Source: Malacoraja senta
Taxonomy: Eukaryota
DNA length: 64,000 nt
Direction: 5' to 3'
Assembly: GCA_038087875.1 (NCBI GenBank)
Contig: CM075996.1
Coordinates: 1,428,001-1,492,000 of the forward strand
Shown piece after piece: positions 39,800 to 51,312 of the stretch. The stretch's first letter is position 1; every line of letters starts with the position of its first letter. The translations under genes and the position numbers were made by a program. The notes beneath the pieces are model-generated. The model did no database searches. It was given only the letters and a program-made list of their open reading frames with translations, and was not told the origin of the DNA.

Positions 39800-40300
39800 T
39801 TACAGTCGCGCCTCCTCTAAACAAACAGACGTGACTTTTTGAACAGTTGTACAACTCTTGTGATCATTTCTTGGCGGTGTGTGTGGGGAAAGAGTATTGA
39901 CGAGTTCCCTGTGAAATAAGACGTCCTGGCCCTCTCCTGACACACACACACACACACACACACACCAGCAGCCAAACCCATTCGCACACAACGTTAAACC
40001 AGTCCCAGAAGATCTGTGCATTGGGCAATGTGAAAAGGGGATTTTTTTTTTTTTTTTTTGCAGTCAAATCACCAAGCTCCTCCCATTCCCAAAATGCAGA
40101 TTCTTTTTAAAAGCTTGTAGCGACACGAGCTGCTCTCAAAGGAAACTAGACGGAAGATTGGACGCGACACCTCTGGTTAAATTCAACATGCACTCTCTGG
40201 AGACGCCACAGTGAGTAAAATGCAATGTAGACCCCGAGAAACACACAGTCCCATCCCAGCCCAGCCCAGCCCAGCCCAACACGCCCGGGGGGAAGTTCTC
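39800..40300 (+). promoter_or_regulatory. Candidate SPIB promoter/first-exon region
   Basis: Transposon-free island with (CA)n at about 39939-39965, octamer-like ATGCAGAT (40094-40101), TTTAAAA (about 40106), and ETS cores AAAGGAAAC (40138-40146), CGGAAG (40151) and GGGGAAGT (40289-40296). Confidence 0.45.
40188..40210 (+). CDS. SPIB: Candidate first coding exon of Spi-B/Spi-D (PU.1-family ETS factor)
   Basis: caacATG CAC TCT CTG GAG ACG CCA CA|GTGAGT gives MHSLETP(Q), 23 coding nt and a phase-2 donor. This resembles the human SPIB start MLALEAA(Q) as recalled, and lies between POLD1 and MYBPC2 where SPIB lies in mammals. Confidence 0.65.
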
Positions 40301-41013
40301 CAAACTTTTTACAAACTATTCTACTGGACATCTATGTCAATAGAAACCCCTCTGTTTGGAGTTGCCTTCGTCCACATTGCTTGCTAATAGTTTGTAATAA
40401 CTTGTCAGTATTAAAAACTGAAGCTTCTATTTCGGGTTTGGACCGAACTGATGTTGGACTTTAGCGGTGTGCCAATAAGATTGGATTTTTGTTGTACGGG
40501 GTTTTAAAGAAAATGAACCAATTTACAAAACGGATGGCAAAAAAAACCAAAAGAAAGTATGAATTTAATTTTGGGATTCAAAGAAAATGAATCGATTGAA
40601 GCTGCAACAATCTGGGCTGGTTTAAAACAACTGGTGTTGGGCACAAACATGTTTTGTAACAAACCTTTGACAGAATGTGTTTAGTGAAGTCGCCTCTCCC
40701 TGTGAGCATGTGTGATATTGGCCTCTTGGTGGTAACTTCTGGACTTCCAAATCTTGATTATAATGAGTAAAATGTGTCAGTGTCACAGACGTTCTTTGAG
40801 TTGCACTTGGATGACACTTGAACTGATTTTAAAATAAATCTCATTGTCGCTGACTGAAATACTGGTAATTTAAAATGCAGGGGAGTAAGTAATTGGGGCG
40901 GGTGGAGTGGTTTCCAAGAATGTCAGGGTGACAGGATCAGAGCAAAAACATTGGCTAGAAGTTCCACATGGATGAATGCTTTCGTTTCATCAGTCCTGAA
41001 GAAGGGTCTCGAC

Positions 41014-41239
41014 TCCATCGACTCCTTTAAGTCGAGACTTAAAACTCATCTCTACTCCCAAGCCTTTCTTGACGTCCTCTGAGCGAGGGCTGTATGTATG
41101 TAGTGATGTTTGTATTTAATCTATGAACCACTGTTGTATAACATTAGTATCTCCACCAATGTAAAGCACTTTGGCCAACGAGAGTTGTTTTTTAAATGTG
41201 CTATAGAAATAAAAGTGACTTGACTTGACTTGACTTGAC
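41014..41239 (+). mobile_element. L2 3' end, same family as 20166-21150
   Basis: Near-identical to about 20959-21150, with a (TTGAC)n tail. Inserted into a Penelope hammerhead motif. Confidence 0.88.
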
Positions 41240-44200
41240 CCGAAACATCACCTATTGCTTCTCTCCAGAGATGCTGCCAGACCCGCTGAGTTACTCCAGC
41301 ACTCTGTGAAACATCACCTATCCATGTTCTCCACAGATGCTGCCTGACCCGCTGAGTTACTCCAGCACTCTGTGAAACGTCACCTATCCATGTTCTCCAC
41401 AGATGCTGCCTGACCCGCTGAGTTACTCCAGCACTCTGTGTCTATCTTTGATTTAAACCGGCATCTGCAGTTCTTTCCTACACATGGATGCTTTTGTTGA
41501 TGTCTGTCCCAACACCACATGTGTTAACCTGCAGCTCTCTGCCGACCCCGACTTTGTGACAGATAAGGGGACAGGTGTTGGCTTTTCACACCAGCAACTT
41601 TCCACCATCTGTGGAATTCTCTGCCTCAGAGGGCAGTGGGGGCCAATTCTCTGGATGCTTTCAAGAGAGAGTTAGATATAGCTCTTAAAGATAGCGGAGT
41701 CAGGGGATATGGGGAGAAGGCAGGAACGGGGTACTGATTGGGGATGATCAGCCATGATCACATCGAATGGCGGTGCTGGCTGGAAGTGCTGAATGGCCTA
41801 CTCCTGCACCTATTGTCTATTGACAGCTATGGGATGGACAGTTAATCAGCTTGTCGCTGGTGTGTGTGGAACTGGAAATGTAGGCTTGGACACCAGAGCC
41901 CACTTCTACACTCTGATGTTCTTTATTATTGACACTGGCTAATATAAATAGACAGCATATTTACATATTCTTTTGTCTTTTGCTGCCTCTACTGTTGTGC
42001 AACTTGTTCTCACTCTCTAATGAAGTTATCGTTCTTCTGTATCTGTCCAACATGAAGCCTACTTGAATAGTTTCGGTAGAAACAATGAAACCGCAGATGC
42101 TGCTTTTTACTGAAGATAGACACAGAGTGCTGGAGTAACTCAGCGGGTCAGGCAGCATCTGTGGAGAACATGGATAGGTGACGTTTCACAGAGTGCTGGA
42201 GTAACTCAGCGGGTCAGGCAGCATCTGTGGAGAACATGGATAGGTGACGTTTCACAGAGTGCTGGAGTAACTCAGCGGGTCAGGCAGCATCTGTGGACAA
42301 CATGGATAGGTGACGTTTCACAGAGTGCTGGAGTAACTCAGCGGGTCAGGCAGCATCTGTGGAGCGAAGGAAATGGGCAACCTTTCGGGCCGAAACCCTG
42401 AAGGAAATAGGCAACGTTTCGGGCCGAAACCCGGAAGGGTTTCGGGCCGAAACGTTGCCTATTTCCTTCGCTCCATAGATGCTGCCGGAACATGGATAGG
42501 TGACGTTTCACAGAGTGCTGGAGTAACTCAGCAGGTCGGGCAGCATCTGTGGGGAACATGGATAGGTGACATTTCACAGAGTGCTGGAGCAACTCAGCGG
42601 GTCAGGCAGCATCTGTGGGGAACATGGATAGGTGACGTTTCACAGAGTGCTGGAGTAACTCAGCGGGTCAGGCAGCATCTGTGGAGCGAAGGAAATGGGC
42701 AACCTTTCGGGCCGAAACCCTGAAGGAAATAGGCAACGTTTCGGGCCGAAACCCGGAAGGGTTTCGGGCCGAAACGTTGCCTATTTCCTTCGCTCCATAG
42801 ATACTGCCGGAACATGGATAGGTGACGTTTCACAGAGTGCTGGAGTAACTCAGCGGGTCGGGCAGCATCTGTGGGGAACATGGATAGGTGACATTTCACA
42901 GAGTGCTGGAGCAACTCAGCGGGTCGGGCAGCATCTGTGGGGAACATGGATAGGTGACGTTTCACAGAGTGCTGGAGTAACTCAGCGGGTCAGGCAGCAT
43001 CTGTGGGGAACATGGATAGGTGACGTTTCACAGAGTGCTGGAGTAACTCAGCGGGTCAGGCAGCATCTGTGGGGAACATGGATAGGTGACGTTTCGGGTC
43101 AGGACCCTTCCCGCTGAGTTACTCCAGCACTTTGTGTCCACCTTCGATTTTATCCAGCATCTGCAGTTCTTCCTCACAAAAGAAGCCGTGACATTGTGTT
43201 ACAGTTGTACGAGACGTTGGTGAGAGTTGCGCTTGGAGTATTGTGCTTGGTTTTGGAAAGCCTGGCTGTAGGAAGGATTAAGCTGGAGAGAAGCGGAGTA
43301 GATTTATGAAGGTGGACAAAAAAGTGCTGGAGAAACTCAGCGGGTGAGGCAGCATCTATGGAGCGAAGGAAATAGGCAACGTTTTGGTCAGCATTGGAGA
43401 GTCTGAGCTAGAGGGGGAGATTAAACAGGCTTGGACTTTACTCCTTGGAGTGCAAGATTCTATTGGGTGATCTTATTGAGGTGTATAAAGTTGTGAGGGG
43501 AATAGACAGGGTCTCTCTCCAGCAGGATAGAGGAATCAAAAACTAAAAGATATGGGTCTAATATGAGGTGGGGTGGGTGGGGGGGGGAAAGCCTCATCGG
43601 AGCCTGAGGGACAATGCTTACACTCGGAGGCCGGTGTGTATCCTATCCAAGCCTTTCACTATTCACTAACTCCAGCGAGGGCCGACAAATGCTCATTGTC
43701 GGTCAACCTACTCATTCCTGGGATCTTTCTTGTAAACCCCTCCATGTCCAGATAGATCTATGATATTCCTACTTGCTGCACGACAGAATGTGTAAACATG
43801 GTCCACTGTAAATAATATCATAAACGAGAAAAAAAAGTTCAGTGTGTGTATGTATACACTCACTCACGTATACACGTATGTATATACACACACACGCACC
43901 ACACATACGTACACATAAAAAACAAACAAATCATAATAGTGCAATAATAACAATAATAGTCTAAATGGTGGAGTAACTCAGTGGGACAGCATCATCTCTG
44001 GAGAGAGGACAATAGGTGCAGGAGTAGGCCATTCGGCCCTTCGAGCCAGCACCGCCATTCAATGTGATCATGGCTGATCATCCCCAATCAGTACCCCGTT
44101 CCTGCCTTCTCCCCATATCCCCTGACTCCGCTATCTTTAAGAGCCCTATCTAGCTCTCTCTTGAAAGTATCCAGAGAACCGGCCTCCACCGCCCTCTGAG

Positions 44201-44872
44201 GCAGAGAATTCCACAGACTCACCACTCTCTGTGAGAAAAAGTGTTTCCTCGTCTCCGTTCTAAATGGCTTACCCCTTATTCTTAAACTGTGGCCCCTGGT
44301 TCTGGAATGGGTGACGTTTCGGGTCGAGACCCTTCTATCTGTGGTGTAAACCAGCATCTGCAGTTCCTTCATACACAATAATAGTCGAAGTAGTTCAGAG
44401 TTGATTTGAGGTTGCCGTGTTTAATAGCCGGATGGATGAAGGGAGGAAGCTGTTCCTGAACCTGGACGTTACAGTTTTCCAGCTCCTGTACCTTCTTCCT
44501 GTCCTACCTCCGGCCACTGTCCATCACAGCCCAAGATATCCATCATTCACCACTGTGGGATTTTCTGCAGGAAATGTTTCTGTAGTAAACTCAAAATGCC
44601 GCAAATATTCAGCAGCGTCAGGCAGCAACTGCAGAAAGAGAATACAAAATGCTGGAGTAACTCAGTGGGTCAGGCAGCATCTGCAATAGAAAGGTAATGT
44701 TTAAAACATCACCTGTCCTTGTTCTCCAGAGATGCTGCCTGACCTGCTGAGTTACTCCAGCACTCTGCATTTTGTGCAAGATTCTAGCATCTGCAGTTAT
44801 AACCATTACCCCTTTTTTCTCACAGAGAGTTGTGAATCTGTGGAATTCTCTGCCTCAGAGGGCGGTGGAGGC

Positions 44873-45072
44873 NNNNNNNNNNNNNNNNNNNNNNNNNNNN
44901 NNNNNNNNNNNNNNNNNNNNNNNNNNNNNNNNNNNNNNNNNNNNNNNNNNNNNNNNNNNNNNNNNNNNNNNNNNNNNNNNNNNNNNNNNNNNNNNNNNNN
45001 NNNNNNNNNNNNNNNNNNNNNNNNNNNNNNNNNNNNNNNNNNNNNNNNNNNNNNNNNNNNNNNNNNNNNNNN
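44873..45072. other. Assembly gap (200 N, placeholder size)
   Basis: Run of exactly 200 N. The left flank ends inside a CR1 fragment and the right flank starts in a SINE fragment. Confidence 0.99.
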
Positions 45073-45512
45073 CGACAGGTGTGGCACACCCAAAGAAGTG
45101 CTTGTTTGGAGGTTAGTTGCCCTCTGTAAATTATCCGTGTGTGTCGCGAGTAGATGAGAAAGTGGGATAACAGAACTAGTGTGAATGGGTGTTTAGTTTA
45201 GATTAGAGATGCAGCATGGAAAGAGGCCCTTCGGCCCACCTGTTCACACTAGTCTGTGTTATCCCACTTTGTGTGTGGGGAAATGGATGAACAAGTAGGA
45301 AACCATCGGACCAGTGAGAATGGGTGACCGATGGTCGGCGCGGACTAAGTGGGCCGAAGGGCCTGTTTCCACACTCGTCTAAAGGGAGAGAGTGTCAGGG
45401 TTTGTAAAGAGGGGCGCGGCTGATGGGCAGTCGGGGAGGGTGGGGAGAGAACCTGCGACACGTCACGCTGCCCGGTCTCACAGGGGGACATCTCCCTCCT
45501 CTCCTCCCGCAG

Positions 45513-45702
45513 GCTACCTGCTGGAAAGGAAGAAGAAAACCAGCACGAGATGGATGAAGCTGAACTTCGAACCCTTGCAGACGACCCAGTTCACGGCCAC
45601 GCGGATGATCGAGGGCTGTCAGTACGAGATGCGTGTGTTTGCCATGAACGGGATCGGTCTGAGCCCCTCCCAGCATCTCCTCACGCACCTTCATGCCCAT
45701 TG
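45513..45702 (+). CDS. MYBPC2: Myosin-binding protein C fast-type exon (C6 Fn3, second half), with a +1 frameshift
   Basis: cctcccgcag acceptor, GTGAGT donor. (G)[50 protein letters not shown], then [12 protein letters not shown] in the shifted frame. 190 bp where 189 is needed. Confidence 0.9.
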
Positions 45703-45722
45703 GTGAGTGACCACACTTGGCG

Positions 45723-45928
45723 GCACTGGGCACTGGGCGCTGGGCGCTGGGCACTGGGCGATGGGCGCTGGGCAGTGGGCGCTGGGCGCTGGGCACTGGG
45801 CACTGGGCACTGGGCACTGGGCGCTGGGCGCTGGGCGCTGGGCAGTGGGCACTGGGTGCTGGGCGCTGGGCACTGGGCACTGGGCGCTGGGCACTGGGCG
45901 CTGGGCGCTGGGCGCTGGGCACTGGGCG
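45723..45928. repeat. (GGGCRCT)n 7-bp tandem repeat
   Basis: About 29 copies of gggcact/gggcgct starting about 20 nt after the MYBPC2 donor. Confidence 0.95.
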
Positions 45929-47319
45929 GTGATCTGGGATTTTCCCAACGCTCTACGGCAGGGGTTCAAGATTCAAGAATCAAGTGAGTTTATTGTCATG
46001 TGTCCCTGATTGGACAATGAAATTCTTGCTTTGCTTCAGCACAACAGAACATAGTAGGCATTGACTACAAAACAGATCAGTGTGTCCATATACCATTCTA
46101 TAAATATATACACACATGAATAAATAAACTGATTAAAGTGCAAATAACAGATAACGGGCTATTAATGTTCAGAGTTTTGTCCGAGCCAAGTTTAATAGCC
46201 TGATGTTTCTCTTCTGGTGGGTTAGGGGCCGTCGCTGGCAAAGCCCCACGCCACCATACCCATTTCTGAAGTTCATAGGTTATAGGAGCAGAATTAGGCC
46301 GTTCGGCCCCATCGAGTCTACTCCGCCATTCAATCGTGGCTGATCTATCTCTCCCTCAACCCCATTCTCCTGCCTTCTCCCCATCACCTCTGACACCCGC
46401 ACTAATCAAGAATCTATCTACCTCTGCCTTAGAAATATCCACTGACTTGGCCAGTGGCAAATAATCCTGCAGATTCACCACCCTGTGACTAAAGAAAGTC
46501 TACTCTGCCATTTGTTGTCCCATCATCTCCCACTACCCCAGTCACCCTCATCCTCCTCCTCCTCACACTCATCACCCCTCCCCGAATCCCTTTCCCCTTT
46601 ATCCCCCTCTCTCCCCCTCTCCCCCTGTCCCCTTCCCCCCATCTCCCACCCTCCGGCTTCACATTTCACCCCTGCTCACCTCTCCGTATCTATAGATAGA
46701 GCTCTAGGGGCTAGTGGAATCAAGGGATATGGGAGAAGGCAGGCACGGGTTATTGATTGGGGACGATCAGCCATGATCACAATGAATGGCGGTGCTGGCT
46801 CGAAGGGGCCGAATGGCCTCCTCCTGCACCTATTGTCTATGTTTCTATGTATCTGCCACTCTATTGTCTCCTTTTCACCTCCAGCCTTTGTCATTTACTC
46901 CGCCCATCTACACATCACCCAACCTCTCCTGTATCCACCTATCGCTTATGCAGGAAGGAACTGCAGATGCTGGTTTACACTGAAAACAGACACAAAATGC
47001 TGGAGTAACTCAGCGGGTCAGGCAGCATATGTGGAGAAAAGGAATAGGTGATATTTCGGGTACGAAGAAGGGATTCGACCCAAAACGTCACCCACTCATT
47101 TCCTCCTGAGATGTTGTCTGAGTTACTCCTGCATTTTGTATCCATCTATCACTTGCCAGACTTTGTCACCCCCCCCCCCCCCCCCCCCCACCTCCCTTTT
47201 CCAGCTTTGGTCCAGGTTTGAGGAAGGGTCCCGACCCGAACTCAGCGGGTCGGGCAGATGCTGCCCGACCCGCTGAGTTCCTCCAGCACTTTGCCTTTTG
47301 CTCAGGGTATCTTTAACAA

Positions 47320-47985
47320 AATATATATATATATTTTTTAAATTTCAAAATATACTTTATTTGAGAAATAAATATTTGCAATACATGATCCTTACAAAAC
47401 TCTACCTGACATTTTCAGAGGCTATACATACATTCAATACTGTTTACACAAATGACACCAATTTTTTCCCCTCACCCTTGCCACTCATGTGGCCCACTGG
47501 CGTGGAATCGCTTGCCTTATTTTGAGGGGCGTCTCCACCACACCCTGCCCCCCCCCCCCCCAATGTCCAGCAGCGGAAGGACCCTAGACTGTGGTCCTCC
47601 TCCACCCCCCCACCGAGCCTTGGCGTTGGCTGCACCGAGCTTCAGTGCGTCCCTCAGCACGTACTTACTCCTGCAATCTGCAGCGGGCCAGTCGGCAACA
47701 TTCCCCCGACGGACATCTCGCTCCGCTGGGTGGTCGACAGCACTCGGGCAGACCAAAGAGCGTCTTTCACCCAGTTGATGACCTTCCAGCAGCACTCGAT
47801 GTCCGTCTACGAATGCGTCCCTGGGAACAGTCCGTAAATCACAGAGTCCTCTGTGATGGAGCTGTTCGGAGTAAACCGTGCCAGGGGGCCCCTTGCAGAC
47901 TTCTCCAGACTCTCTTTGCGAATCCACACTCTGCAAGGAGGTGGGCACCTCGATGTCTGCAGCCGCAGTCCCCCGAGTCTCCCTG
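47320..47985 (-). mobile_element. Tx1/L1-clade LINE 3' fragment
   Basis: Frameshifted minus-strand [13 protein letters not shown]...VIYGLFPGTH...YVLRDALKLGAANAKARWG (zf-RVT-like ORF2 end), followed by AATAAA and an AT-rich tail. Confidence 0.7.
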
Positions 47986-48013
47986 ACACTGACCGTTGCT
48001 TTCACATGTCCAG

Positions 48014-48148
48014 GTACCACCAGCGAGCCGACACACTTGATCGTTGACGATGTCACAGACACCACCACCACACTGAAGTGGAGGATGCCAGAGAAGATCG
48101 GCCCCGGGGGACTGGATGGCTACCTGATTGAATATGCAAAGGAAGGCT
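48014..48148 (+). CDS. MYBPC2: MYBPC2 exon (C7 Fn3, first half)
   Basis: CAG acceptor, GTAAGT donor. (G)[44 protein letters not shown]. 135 bp, phase 1-1. Confidence 0.94.
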
Positions 48149-48170
48149 GTAAGTACCACACCGTTGATAG

Positions 48171-48585
48171 TCAAAGATCCTACAGCGGAGCAAGATAGAC
48201 CACACTCCTGCTAAATGCAATGGGCTGACGTGTAGTACGCAACGGAACGGAACGGAACGGGGGCCTTTTTTTCATCCATTTCAGTAACCCCGACCCGACC
48301 CGACTCGCAGTGTAATCAACGTTGCGGGGGAACAGTTTGTGTTAATAAATTATAATTCTGAAAATGAGGAGAAGATTTTTACCAAAGAACTTTTATTTTT
48401 ACGAGGATGTTTCCGTAACCGGCTTCCGTCTCCGCGCTAGTTATCTTTGCTCCGCTCTGGGATCTTTGGTGCGGAGACGGAAGCCGGTTACGGAAATGGG
48501 GCCGAAAATTACCCGTGAATCTGCCCATGACCGTACTACGTCTTTTTCGTCGAGTGGACTATCTTGCTCGCTATAGGGTCTTTGG
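48171..48585. mobile_element. Unclassified 415-bp TIR element with an 18-bp TSD
   Basis: Imperfect TIRs of about 35 bp (tcaaagatcctacagcggagcaagatag... and ...ctatcttgctcgctatagggtctttgg). Direct repeats gtaccacaccgttgatag (48153-48170) and gtaccacgtcgttgatag (48586-48603). Confidence 0.75.
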
Positions 48586-50994
48586 GTACCACGTCGTTGA
48601 TAGCTTCCATTATCTCAGGGAGGGGCTTGGATGAGGATTTAATGGTTTAACTTGTAACTGGTCACTCACCCTCTGGTGGGTTTATGCAACCAGCTGCCAG
48701 AGATGGTAGTCGAGGCAGGTATTTTAACAGCAATGAAAAGACACTTTAATTTAGTTTTGTTTAGTTTGCTTTAATTTAGAGATACAGTGGAAACAGGCCC
48801 TTCGGCCCATCGAGACCGCACTGCCCAGCGATCACTCCGCACACTTAACACTATCCTACACACCAGGGACAATTTACAGAGGTCAATTAACCTGTGAACC
48901 TGTGCATCTTTGGGATGTGGAAGGAAACCGGAGCACCTGGAGAAAACCCGCACGGTGACGGGGAGAACGTACAAACTCCACACAGACAGCACCCAGAGTC
49001 AGGATAGTACGCGTGTCTCTGGCATTGTAAGGCAGCAACTCTACCACTATACCGCTTGGACAGGTACATGGATAGGACAGGTTTAGAGGGTGAAGGGCCA
49101 AACGCGGGCAGGTGGGACTGGTGTAGATGGGCCATCTTGGTCGGTGTCGGGCAAGTTGGGCCGAAGGGCCTTCTTCTGGACTGTACTCTTTGATGGGTCA
49201 TGGTTCATGTGTGAATGACATTCGTCCGGAGAGTGGTGCAGCGGGTAGAGCTGCTGCCTCACAGCGCCAGAGACCCCGGGTTCCATCCTGACTACGGGAG
49301 CTGTCTGTGTACGGAATGTGTACATTCTTCCTGGGACCGCGTGGGTTTCCTCTGGGTGCTTCGGTTTCCTCCCGCGACCCAAATACACGCGGGTTTGTAG
49401 GTAAATCGCCCCCTAGTGTGTCGGGAGTGGATGAGAAAGTGGGATAGCATAGAACTAGTGAGAGCGGGTGATCGATGGTCGGCATGGACTCAGTGGGCCG
49501 AAGGGCCTGTTTCCATGATATATCTCTAAACTAAAGTAACATAAAGTGCCGTACACATGGAGCGGGGCAAGAGCAAGCTGCCTCTATTCTGTTTGTGTTT
49601 GATCATTTACTTTGTAAATATACAGTCTTCTTCTTTTCGTGTCCATCTTGTTACGAATGTTGGCCTCGCTGCCTTGTTCATCAGTCTATGAAAGTAAGCA
49701 TGCAGGTACAGCAGGCAGTGAAGAAAGCGAATGGCATGTTGGCCTTCATAACAAGAGGAGTCGAGTATAGGAGCAAAGAGGTCCTTCTGCAGTTGTACAG
49801 GGCTCTAGTGAGACCACACCTGGAGTATTGTGTACAGTTTTGGTCCCCTAATTTGAGGAAGGACATTCTTGCTATTGAGGGAGTGCAGCGTAGGTTTACA
49901 AGGTTAATTCCCGGGATGGCGGGACTGTCATATGCTGAGAGAATGGAGCAGCTGGGCTTGTACACTCTGGAGTTTAGAAGGATGAGAGGGTATCTTATTG
50001 AAACATATAAGATTATTAAGGGCTTGGACACGCTAGAGGCAGGAAACATGTTCCCGATGTTGGGGGAGTCCAGAACCAGGGGCCACAGTTTAAGAATAAG
50101 GGGTAAGCCATTTAGAACGGAGACGAGGAAACACTTTTTCTCACACAGAGAGAGTGGTGAGTCTGTGGAATTCTCTGCCTCAGCGGGAGGTGCAGGCCGG
50201 TTCTCTGGATACGCACTGCTTTGCGGCCAATATACGGTACAACCAGATAATGAGTGAAGGTTTCTATATTTCTTCAGTACAGAATAGCATCTTTCTCCAA
50301 GGTGGTTTTCATAGCTAGTGTTCGGGGCAGGACAAATGTTCACTAGCAGACAGCATTGTCCATCCACAAGTTTCAGTTTGGTTTATTGTCACGTGTACCG
50401 AGGTACAGTGAAAAGCTTTTGTTGCGTGCTAACCAGTCAGCGGAAAGACAATACATGATTACAATCGAGCCGTTCACAGTGTACAGATACATGATAAGGG
50501 AATAACGTTTAGTATAAAGTATAAAAGTATCCTTTATTGTCATTCAGACATTTCAGTGTGAATGAAATTGTGAACCTTGCAGTCCTAACATAGAATAAAA
50601 TAACAACACACACACTTAACACAGTTTAACATCCACCACAGTGACTCTACCAGGCACCTCCTCACTGTGATGGAAGACTTTGTCTCTTCCCTTCCCTAGT
50701 GCAAGGTGAAGCCAGTAACATCCCATCAAAGAGGTAGATAGTAGTTCAGGACTGCTTTCTACTTATGGTAGGATGGTTCAGTTGCCTGATAACAGTGGGG
50801 AAGAAACTGTCCCTGATCAGGTGTGATCAGTTTGCAGTGGGCTGGTGGGGCCAAAGGGCCTGTTTCCATGCTATATCTTTCAGTCAATCAGTCCAGCCTC
50901 TTCCACTATCCCATTGAGCCAAACGTCGGCCAGCTTCAAGTGTGAATGTGAGCAGCGCTCTTGTGTTCACCTTCGACCCTCTGCTTCCTTGTAG

Positions 50995-51162
50995 CCGACG
51001 ACTGGACTGTAGCCAACACTAAACTGGTGGAGCGTCTGGGATACACGGTCAAGGACCTTCCCACCGGAGAGAAGATTAACCTCCGTGTGCGGGCTGTGAA
51101 CATCGCTGGGAAGAGTCCACCTGCCATGCTCGCCCAGTCGGTCACTATCCGTGAGATAGTCC
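50995..51162 (+). CDS. MYBPC2: MYBPC2 exon (C7 Fn3, second half)
   Basis: cttccttgtag acceptor, GTAAGT donor. (S)DDWTVANTKLVERLGYTVKDLPTGEKINLRVRAVNIAGKSPPAMLAQSVTIREIV. 168 bp. Confidence 0.94.
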
Positions 51163-51312
51163 GTAAGTGGAGTCGCCGGCCGTACAACTGCACGGGAGGC
51201 GGGAGGACAATGACCACGTGAACACCTCATCCTTCTCTAGCCAAGATGGAGTAACAGCCAGGGATGAGCTTGCACTGAGATGCTCCCATGCGCTCAATGC
51301 CATCAACCTTCT

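Noticed and set aside
41525..41580. Possible SPIB exon 2 (ctgcag|ctctctgcc...acag|gtgttg)
   Set aside because: In-frame stop in the required phase and weak splice signals; I found no convincing exon 2 before the gap.
44732..45157. ORFs spanning 44873-45072
   Set aside because: Artefacts of the N run.
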